Assembly: GCA_046757965.1 (NCBI GenBank)
Contig: JBHHZI010000004.1
Coordinates: 1 to 58,508, forward strand
Source: Acidobacteriota bacterium
GTDB taxonomy: Bacteria > Acidobacteriota > Polarisedimenticolia > SMYD01
Direction of reading: 5' to 3'
Length of the DNA stretch: 58,508 nt
The notes beneath the pieces were generated by a model that was not told where the DNA came from, made no database searches, and saw only the letters and a list, made by a program, of their open reading frames with translations. Below are positions 1 through 6,646 of this stretch, piece by piece. Each line of letters begins with the position of its first letter. Positions within the stretch are counted from its first letter, which is position 1. Position numbers and translations under genes: made by a program.

Positions 1-222
1 AATGAACCCATTCCGGCCCGCCTTTTCTCCTCGTCCCCGGTGTCCCATTCCGCTGCCGCTGGTCCTGCAGTGAGCCGCAGTGTGGCCCGGCAACGTCAGT
101 CCGGATAGCCTGGGCGGCCCGCCCGCCCCGGCCGGAGCCCGGCTCCCGGCCACCCAGGTACGGGATTGGACTTGCTGTTCTGGCCAGCCCGCCGTATCAT
201 TCCGGTCTCTTTCGGAGGGGGA

Positions 223-3024
223 ATGAGCAGAGGCTCCGCTCTGGCGATGGCGGCGTGTGCCCTCGTCCTGATCTGTCTGGCGTCGGTTCTCTCCGCCTCG
301 GCGGCAACCTTCACCGTGGCGCCCCGGCTGGACCAGGGGAGCTGCTCGGTGGCCCCGAGCGGCCTCTGCTGCCTGCCGGGCGACCCGAACAGCCCGTGCG
401 TCGAGGCCGATTTCTGCTCCATCACCGACGCGGTGACCTCCCTGACCGTGCAGGTCGGCGACACCGTCGTCGTCATGCCCGGCACCTACTTCGAGAACAT
501 CACCATGAAGAACGGCGTCAGCCTGCTTGGATCCGGCGAGGCGGTCACCATCATCGACGGGTGCCAGGCGGCGCCGGTGGTGACCTTCAACGCCAACGGC
601 AACTCCAGCACGGTCCTCTCCGGATTCACGGTGCGAAACGGCCGGGCCAACAAGGGCGGAGGCATCCTGTTCCTGCAGGCCGGCGCCTCCAGGACCCTGG
701 GGAACCAGGTGATCACCCGGAACATCATCGAGGACAACACGGCCTTCCAGACCGGGGGGATCTTCGGCATCGGCGGCGGGCTCTACCTGTACCGCCAGAG
801 CCCGACCATCACCAACAACGTGTTTCGCAACAACACCGCGGACCAGATCGGCGCCGGCCTGAGCCTCAGCTACACCGACGCGGTGGTGACCAACAACACC
901 ATCACGGGCAACACCGCGGTGGGCGGTTCGGGGCTGGCGCAGATCGGCGGCGGCGTCTACATGTACACCATCAAGGGAACCGCCCTGCTCTCCAACGATG
1001 TCATCCAGGGCAACACGGCCGGCTCGGGCGGGGGGATCTATCGCCTGCAGGACGGCACCTACACCGCCACGGTGACGGTGCGCAACTCGAGCTTCTTCGG
1101 CAATGCCGGCGGCGATTGCACCGGCCAGGATTGCACCGGCAATCTGTTCGCCGACGCCCAGTTCGTCGCCCCGCTCACCGGCGATCTGCGGCTGCAGTTC
1201 GGCTCGCCGGCCATCGATACGGGCAACGACACCGACGCGGCGGTCTCGAGTGTCGACCTGGTCGGCCAGGACCGGGTGCTCGACGGCGACGACAACGCCA
1301 CGGCCACGGTCGATCTGGGCGCCATCGAGCACTGCGAAAACGATCCCGATCTGGACACGGTCAACAACTGCACCGACAACTGTCGCACCGACAGCAATCC
1401 GCTGCAGGAGAACCTCGACGCCGACCGGTTCGGCGATGTCTGCGACAACTGTCCGGCGGACGTCAACGACGCGCAGACCGACACGGATGCCGACACGGTG
1501 GGTGATGTCTGCGACAACTGCCCGGTCGACGCCAACCAGACCCAGCAGGACACCGACGGCGACACGGTGGGCAACGCCTGCGACAACTGCCCGACCGTGG
1601 CCGACCCCACCCAGGCCGACGGCGACGGCGACACGGTGGGGGATGTCTGCGACAACTGTCCCGCCGTGTCCGACCCCACCCAGGCGGACGGCGACGCCGA
1701 TCTGGTGGGCGATGTCTGCGACAACTGCCCGGTGGATGCCAACGCCAACCAGTCGGACGTGGATGGCGACACGGTGGGCGATGTCTGCGACAACTGTCCC
1801 ACCGTGCCCAACACCAGCCAGGCGTTCACCGATGCCGACGCCGACACGGTCAACGACCTGTGTGACAACTGCCTCGGCGTGGCCAACACCGATCAGTCGG
1901 ATGTGGATGCCGACACGGTGGGGGATGTCTGCGACAACTGCCCGGCCGACGCCAACACGACGCAGACCGATACCGACCTCGATATGGTGGGGGATGTCTG
2001 CGACAACTGCCCGGTGGATGCCGACCCCACCCAGGCCGACACCGATCTCGACCAGGTGGGGGATGTCTGCGACAATTGTCCAGCCGCCGCCAACCCCTTG
2101 CAGGAGGACGCCGATGCCGATCTGACCGGCGATGCCTGCGATCCCTGCACCGACCCGGACGCCGACGGGTTCGGCAACCCCGGCCTGCCCGCCCAGACCT
2201 GCGGAGTCGACAACTGCCCGGCCCTCGCCAACCCGCTGCAGACGGACGGCGACCTCGACGGGGTGGGGGATGTCTGTGACAACTGTCCGGCCGACGCCAA
2301 TGCCAGCCAGCTCGACCCGGACGCCGACGGCCTCGGCAGCGCCTGCGACAACTGCCCGCTGGACAGCAACCTCCAGCAGACGGACGGGGATGCCGACGGC
2401 GTGGGCGATGTCTGTGACAACTGTCCGGCCGTATCCAACAGCCTCCAGGAAGATCCGGATGGCGACGGCATCGGCAGCGCCTGCGACAACTGCGCCGGCG
2501 TGGCCAACGTCTCCCAGGTGGACACTGACGGGGATGGGCTCGGCAATGCCTGCGACCTCGACGACGACAACGACACGGTCCCCGACGACGGCGACGGCGA
2601 CGGCCTGATCGAGACCACCGTCTGCCAGGGCACCAGGGTCGGCTGTGATGATTGCGCCTCTCTCGACGCCACCAACTGGGCCATTCCAGGTGATGTGCCG
2701 AACGTCCGCTGGGACACGGGCGGGACGGTGCTGCGCTGGGACGCGGTCGACGCCGGCACCTTCCCGCTCTACAGCATCCTGCGCGGCAAGCTCAGCGAGT
2801 TGCGCGCCGACGGCAACATTCTCCGGGCGGTCTGCCTCGACAAGGACCTGCCCGGCCAGCAGCGCACCGTGCTGCTGAATCCGCCCGCCGGCGATGGCCA
2901 CTACTACCTGCTCGGCGCCGAGTCCGGTTGCCGCACCTTCCCGGCCTGGGGATTCGACAGCACCGGCAGTACCGAGCGACTCAACCCCTCCTGCGACCTC
3001 ATCGGCCTGCCCCTGGCGCCGTGA
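223..3024 (+). CDS. Exported right-handed beta-helix protein with a long thrombospondin type-3 (TSP3) calcium-binding repeat array and a C-terminal beta-sandwich-like domain
   Basis: ORF 166..3024. The in-frame ATG at 223 lies 4 nt after GGAGG (214-218) and opens the signal peptide [27 protein letters not shown]. The N-terminal third has parallel beta-helix turn motifs ([40 protein letters not shown]). The middle is [15 protein letters not shown] units. GC3 is high throughout. Confidence 0.8.
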   Translation: MSRGSALAMAACALVLICLASVLSASAATFTVAPRLDQGSCSVAPSGLCCLPGDPNSPCVEADFCSITDAVTSLTVQVGDTVVVMPGTYFENITMKNGVSLLGSGEAVTIIDGCQAAPVVTFNANGNSSTVLSGFTVRNGRANKGGGILFLQAGASRTLGNQVITRNIIEDNTAFQTGGIFGIGGGLYLYRQSPTITNNVFRNNTADQIGAGLSLSYTDAVVTNNTITGNTAVGGSGLAQIGGGVYMYTIKGTALLSNDVIQGNTAGSGGGIYRLQDGTYTATVTVRNSSFFGNAGGDCTGQDCTGNLFADAQFVAPLTGDLRLQFGSPAIDTGNDTDAAVSSVDLVGQDRVLDGDDNATATVDLGAIEHCENDPDLDTVNNCTDNCRTDSNPLQENLDADRFGDVCDNCPADVNDAQTDTDADTVGDVCDNCPVDANQTQQDTDGDTVGNACDNCPTVADPTQADGDGDTVGDVCDNCPAVSDPTQADGDADLVGDVCDNCPVDANANQSDVDGDTVGDVCDNCPTVPNTSQAFTDADADTVNDLCDNCLGVANTDQSDVDADTVGDVCDNCPADANTTQTDTDLDMVGDVCDNCPVDADPTQADTDLDQVGDVCDNCPAAANPLQEDADADLTGDACDPCTDPDADGFGNPGLPAQTCGVDNCPALANPLQTDGDLDGVGDVCDNCPADANASQLDPDADGLGSACDNCPLDSNLQQTDGDADGVGDVCDNCPAVSNSLQEDPDGDGIGSACDNCAGVANVSQVDTDGDGLGNACDLDDDNDTVPDDGDGDGLIETTVCQGTRVGCDDCASLDATNWAIPGDVPNVRWDTGGTVLRWDAVDAGTFPLYSILRGKLSELRADGNILRAVCLDKDLPGQQRTVLLNPPAGDGHYYLLGAESGCRTFPAWGFDSTGSTERLNPSCDLIGLPLAP
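1342..2604 (+). repeat. In-frame tandem array of about 17 TSP3-like units, mostly 69 nt (23 aa) long
   Basis: The near-identical 24-mer GG(G/C)GATGTCTGCGACAACTG(C/T)CC(G/C) recurs at 1432, 1501, 1639, 1708, 1777, 1921, 1990, 2059, 2266 and 2404, with diverged copies between them. One unit is 75 nt (1777->1852). Every copy encodes GDVCDNCP followed by an N/D/Q/T-rich Dx(D/N)xDxxG loop. Confidence 0.85.
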
Positions 3025-3114
3025 GGCGGCAAGGCGCCGGGTCGGGCGAAAAAATCGGCGGCGGATCTGAACGCTTGCCCCGGTTTCCCGGTATATCCCG
3101 GTGAGGAGCGATCG

Positions 3115-3741
3115 ATGACGCCCACCCGCCCATGCAGCAAGCAATCGACGAGCCGGCAGCAGCGGCGCCTGGCTCTCCTGGCCGGTGAGGAACTCTCGGG
3201 CACGCGCCGCCGGCGCCTCGAGGCCCACCTGGCCGGCTGTGTGGCCTGCACGCGGCTCCTCGCCGACCTGCGGGGCCTGCGGCGGCTGGCCGCCGGCTCG
3301 CTGGCCGAAGAGGCCGACAACGGCTTCCGGTCGGTCCGGGCCGCGGTCCGGCGGCAGGTGCGCACGGCACGGACGCCGGCGTCCAGCCGGCCGCTCCGTG
3401 TGGTCACGCCGCTCTGGTCCACCTGGGCCCCGGCGGCCGGCGTCCTGGCCGTGGCCGGGCTCCTGCTGATGGGCTGGGGCGGCGACCACCGCCGTGTCGC
3501 CGGAGATACGGTCGCGCGCCTGGCGGCAGACCAGATCACGCTGCACCTGTCCTCCATGAAGGACGGTCACAGCGCCCGGCTCACCGTGGCCGGCCCGGTG
3601 ACCGGCGTGCGGCGCGTGGCGGTGTCGTCGGTGTCGAGCGATTTCAACGGGGCGCGGGTGTTCGAGTTCGATGGCAGGAGCTGGACCGATCCCATGCCCG
3701 AACCACCGGCCGGCGCGGCTTTCTTCTACCGGGTGGACTGA
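3115..3741 (+). CDS. Putative zf-HC2 anti-sigma factor: single-pass membrane protein with an extracytoplasmic C-terminal domain
   Basis: SD GAGGAG precedes the ATG. The N-terminus contains HLAGCVAC (H-x3-C-x2-C, the anti-sigma zinc-finger signature). One TM segment is present (VVTPLWSTWAPAAGVLAVAGLLLMGW), followed by about 90 aa outside the membrane. No sigma-factor gene lies upstream or downstream. Confidence 0.6.
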   Translation: MTPTRPCSKQSTSRQQRRLALLAGEELSGTRRRRLEAHLAGCVACTRLLADLRGLRRLAAGSLAEEADNGFRSVRAAVRRQVRTARTPASSRPLRVVTPLWSTWAPAAGVLAVAGLLLMGWGGDHRRVAGDTVARLAADQITLHLSSMKDGHSARLTVAGPVTGVRRVAVSSVSSDFNGARVFEFDGRSWTDPMPEPPAGAAFFYRVD

Positions 3742-3773
3742 TGCGCAAGGCCGCCGGCAGAGCGAATTGTGGC

Positions 3774-3802
3774 TTGACAGTGCAGCGGCGGCCCCGTATA
3801 AA
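3774..3802 (+). promoter_or_regulatory. Near-consensus sigma70-type promoter
   Basis: TTGACA (3774-3779), exactly 17 nt spacer, TATAAA (3797-3802). It sits in the 297-nt gap between the anti-sigma stop (3741) and the next long CDS (4039). Confidence 0.5.
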
Positions 3803-3838
3803 GGGTCTGTCCTTGCGCCATTCAGGGCAGGTGGGGGC

Positions 3839-4042
3839 ATGATGGGCGTGATGAATGCCGTCCACCATGCGGAAGAGATGATTTCGCGGTCCGGGTTCGA
3901 GCCGTCCGGGAGGGCGGCCGGGGCGACGGGCCGGCAGAGGGGAACCGTTCTCGCACGAGGAGAACCATTTCCGATGGTTTTTTCGATGATTTCTGGGGTT
4001 TCTGGTTTCGGGGTTCTGATGGAGGAGGAGGTCACGTCATGA
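3839..4042 (+). CDS. Candidate 67-aa leader/upstream ORF (uncertain)
   Basis: ATG-ATG at 3839 is preceded by AGGTGG (3829-3834). The TGA at 4040-4042 overlaps the ATG of the next gene (ATGA). GC3 is high in the first half only. The C-terminus is hydrophobic (FPMVFSMISGVSGFGVL). No recognisable family. Confidence 0.25.
   Translation: MMGVMNAVHHAEEMISRSGFEPSGRAAGATGRQRGTVLARGEPFPMVFSMISGVSGFGVLMEEEVTS
3947..3983 (+). promoter_or_regulatory. Two mutually exclusive leader hairpins; the second is terminator-like
   Basis: Hairpin 1 is GTTCTC (3947-3952) paired with GAGAAC (3960-3965). Hairpin 2 is AACCAT (3963-3968) paired with ATGGTT (3974-3979), running into a T-run that ends at 3983. They share bases 3963-3965, so both cannot form at once. 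Confidence 0.25.
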
Positions 4043-4668
4043 AGAGACATCGCATCGTAGCGCTTGCCGTCACCGGCGTCGCGGCGAGCCTGGTGGTCGG
4101 CACGCTGGTCATCGGCTCGAACATGGGCTTCAAGAAGAACCAGCCGCTCACCGCGGCCAACCAGGACCAGTGGGTGGCGGTGCCGTTTACCGGCCCGTAC
4201 GCCAACGCCGACGACCTGCTGAACCTCGTCCTGGGGGGAGACGGCACCATCACGCGGTTCATTCCGGGCATCCCGACGGGGTTCGACTTCTGGAACGGCA
4301 GTTCCGGCAACAACTTCGCCTTCGTGCCCGGCGAGGCGTACCAGTTCCGGCCGGGAAGCACCTCGGGCGGCACCAGCGCCATCATCGTCGGGGCGCACGA
4401 TCCGAACCAGACCATCCCGGTGGGTGGCTTCACGACCGGTGTCGACTACCTGGTCTCCCCGCCCTATCACACCACGGCGACGAACGCCGACGATCTGCTC
4501 GCCGACCTGCCCGGCCTGGCGACGGTGACCCGCCTGATTCCGGGCCCGACCTCCGCCTTCGACTTCTGGACCGGCAGCGCCGGCTACAACTTCGCCTACA
4601 CCATCGGCGATGGCGTCCTCATCCGGCCGGCCACCTCGTCCGCGGGCTACCTGCCGGCGCACTTCTGA
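4039..4668 (+). CDS. Secreted or membrane-anchored protein of unknown family made of two tandem copies of a ~70-aa domain
   Basis: Strong SD GGAGGAGGAGG (4021-4031). N-terminal signal/anchor MKRHRIVALAVTGVAASLVVGTLVIG. Repeat 1 (nt 4171-4392) and repeat 2 (nt 4447-4665) share ADDLL, (I/V)TR(F/L)IPG, FDFW(N/T)GS(S/A)GxNFA(F/Y) and RP(G/A)(S/T)(T/S)S. GC3 is high. Confidence 0.8.
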   Translation: MKRHRIVALAVTGVAASLVVGTLVIGSNMGFKKNQPLTAANQDQWVAVPFTGPYANADDLLNLVLGGDGTITRFIPGIPTGFDFWNGSSGNNFAFVPGEAYQFRPGSTSGGTSAIIVGAHDPNQTIPVGGFTTGVDYLVSPPYHTTATNADDLLADLPGLATVTRLIPGPTSAFDFWTGSAGYNFAYTIGDGVLIRPATSSAGYLPAHF

Positions 4669-4724
4669 TCCGGAGGGGGAGTTGTCGAGCGGTGCAGGAA
4701 TGAACTAACGTGACATCCGAACAG

Positions 4725-4753
4725 GCGCGGGGCCCGGTCACCGGGTCCCGCGC
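4725..4753 (+). promoter_or_regulatory. Intercistronic 13-bp GC-rich stem-loop
   Basis: GCGCGGGGCCCGG-tca-CCGGGTCCCGCGC: 13 contiguous pairs (one G-U) and a 3-nt loop. No following T-tract. It is intergenic only if the downstream gene starts at 4791 or 4842 rather than 4710. Confidence 0.5.
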
Positions 4754-4841
4754 CCTCCAGCAGGCGGCCCGATTCTGGCAAAGACGGGACATGAGTGAAA
4801 CGAGACAATCGAGCACCGATTCTCTTCAGCAGGGGGAGACT

Positions 4842-6353
4842 GTGAGAAGATTCTTCAAGATTTCTGGCGGACTGATTCTGGTCCTCGCCATGGGCACCGG
4901 CCTGTCGTCGGCAACGTTACTCGAGCTGGTGGCGGGCAATCTCGACTTCGGCTCCGGCGGCGTGGCCAGCCCGTTCAGCTGCCCGGCGCTGAGCCTCCAG
5001 TGCCACGCCTTTTTTCGTGTCTACGGTGACCTGGATCCACGCCTGACCAACCAGGCGGCCGACCCGACGGCGGTGAGCGCCGACGGCTATCCCAACTTCG
5101 GCAAGAAGAAGGGCCGCTGGGTCGGGGACACGTTCAACACCGGGAACTACACAGCCATCAGCAACAACACAGATGCCTGCGAGGCCTGGTACGGCATCTG
5201 GGTGGCGGAGCTGAATGCCGAGACACCGGACTACCAGTCGTACTATGCCGCCTCCAGCACCATCGTGAACTTTAGCGAGGTGGGCAGCAAGAATTTCGCA
5301 GATTGCGTCGGCACGAACGAACTACAAATAGCCTGCCTCGGTGAGAACGGCAGCGCCGTCAACTCGTTCGCCAACACGCCGATCGGTGCGGTCACGCCGG
5401 TCGGCAACGGCTGGGAGCCGGTGCCGATCCCGGAGATCACCAACAGCTCCGTCGCCGCCGGAACGGTCGACCTGGCCTGGCCGGCGGTGGCCAATGCCAA
5501 CACTCCGAACCGACCCGGTGCCACCGGTGTCGCCTGCCCGTTCAATGCCACCTTCAACGACCTGACGGCGACCAGCGGGCCGAACCCGATCTGGGGCGTG
5601 CGCCTGTTCGTCTACAAGGTCGTGGCCGGGGCGGGCAACTCCCGCAGCCTGGCCAGCCTCGAGGGCGGCTCGGTCGATGCGGCCACGACGCTGTTCGACA
5701 TCATGCAGAACGGCCAGAGTGACCGGATGGCCTGCACCGGCGCCAGCGACTGCCCGGGCGTGCACGCGGTCAACTGCGTGGCCGGCGCCACCTCGAGTTG
5801 CCAGGGCACCGACTTCAGCCCGGCCGCCCAGGCGTTCCAGCTCACGGCGGCGGATGTCAATGCCGCCCTGGGCGCCGACGGCCCGCTGGGGTCGAGCGAG
5901 GCGGTGGTCTTCGTCACCAAGGTGCTGTTCCGGGGCTCCGTGCCCGGCTCCAACACCAACACCAGGACGGTGACCTTCACCAACCCGGGCGTGGTGTCGC
6001 TGTTCTCCACCAACTCCCAGCAGGTGTCGTTCTCCGCCCTGGTGGCCAGCGCCAGCTTCGGGCAGATCCGCATGCGCGGCACCCGCTTCGTGGAGCTGGG
6101 CTGGACGACGGTGGGTGATATCCGCAGCATGACGCTGCAGCGCTCCTTCGACGGCGTGACCTTCAGTGACGTGGCCAACATCCCGGCCACGCCCGGCCAG
6201 GACACCTACACCTTCACCGACAACCTGACGCGCACCCGCGGACGGACGCCGGCCCAGATCACCTACCGTCTCCTCTACGAGACGGCGACCGGCTCGGGCC
6301 AGACATTCGGTGTGGTGAGCACCTCTCCCCGGGGCCGCCGCACGCGCCGCTGA
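4842..6353 (+). CDS. Secreted N/T/S/A/G-rich protein of unknown family with a C-terminal beta-sandwich-like domain
   Basis: ORF 4710..6353. The GTG at 4842 follows GGGGGAG and gives a canonical signal peptide (M)RRFFKISGGLILVLAMGTGLSSA. The alternative ATG at 4791 adds 17 polar residues with low GC3. Several Cys pairs are present. The C-terminal ~100 aa (FVELGWTT...ITYRLLYE) look Ig/FN3-like. Confidence 0.75.
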   Translation: MRRFFKISGGLILVLAMGTGLSSATLLELVAGNLDFGSGGVASPFSCPALSLQCHAFFRVYGDLDPRLTNQAADPTAVSADGYPNFGKKKGRWVGDTFNTGNYTAISNNTDACEAWYGIWVAELNAETPDYQSYYAASSTIVNFSEVGSKNFADCVGTNELQIACLGENGSAVNSFANTPIGAVTPVGNGWEPVPIPEITNSSVAAGTVDLAWPAVANANTPNRPGATGVACPFNATFNDLTATSGPNPIWGVRLFVYKVVAGAGNSRSLASLEGGSVDAATTLFDIMQNGQSDRMACTGASDCPGVHAVNCVAGATSSCQGTDFSPAAQAFQLTAADVNAALGADGPLGSSEAVVFVTKVLFRGSVPGSNTNTRTVTFTNPGVVSLFSTNSQQVSFSALVASASFGQIRMRGTRFVELGWTTVGDIRSMTLQRSFDGVTFSDVANIPATPGQDTYTFTDNLTRTRGRTPAQITYRLLYETATGSGQTFGVVSTSPRGRRTRR

Positions 6354-6396
6354 GCCGCGACCTCGTCGCACTCCGGATAACACAGAAAACCCCCGG

Positions 6397-6436
6397 AAGG
6401 CCACCGGCAGATGCCGGTGGCCTTCTTGTTTTTTTT
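6397..6436 (+). terminator. Rho-independent terminator
   Basis: AAGGCCACCGGC-agat-GCCGGTGGCCTT (12-bp stem) followed by CTTGTTTTTTTT, 44 nt after the stop at 6353. Confidence 0.8.
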
Positions 6437-6508
6437 CCCGGACTCCTGGCACAGTGACTCCCGGCATGCAGGACGATGCGCCGTGGCGCCGGGGCCGGGC
6501 TGGCCCGA

Positions 6509-6517
6509 TGCTATGAT
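6509..6517 (+). promoter_or_regulatory. Possible extended -10 promoter element
   Basis: TGcTATGAT (TGn + TATGAT) lies upstream of the sulfatase-fold gene. No convincing -35. Confidence 0.2.
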
Positions 6518-6646
6518 GGCGCCTCGATGAATCCTTCCGTTCCGGTGGTGTCGCTCCGGCCCGCGCCGTGGCAGGCGGCCGGCCCGCAACCGGAGGCGGG
6601 TGCGCCCGGCTCGATCCCGCGCAGCGCCGGCCGCGCCCGGACGTTG

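Noticed and set aside
96-485. 129-aa minus-strand ORF at the window start
   Set aside because: It overlaps the start and signal peptide of the beta-helix gene on the opposite strand, and it has no SD and no motif.
1342-2604. Regular 69-nt repeats that could be read as a CRISPR-like or non-coding tandem array
   Set aside because: The repeats are in frame within one long ORF and encode the TSP3 Ca-binding motif. The spacers are conserved in length and composition. No leader or cas genes are present.
4710-4841. Upstream part of the 547-aa ORF
   Set aside because: It contains the 13-bp hairpin and low-GC3 codons. A canonical signal peptide begins only at 4842. The ATG at 4791 is kept as an alternative start.
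6290-6353. PEP-CTERM or other C-terminal sorting signal on the secreted protein
   Set aside because: The C-terminus ends in a basic tail (SPRGRRTRR), but there is no PEP motif and no hydrophobic helix before it.
6476-6646. 57-aa extension upstream of the sulfatase-fold lipoprotein signal
   Set aside because: It would bury the lipobox about 70 residues into the protein. This is not fully excluded, because GC3 there is also high.
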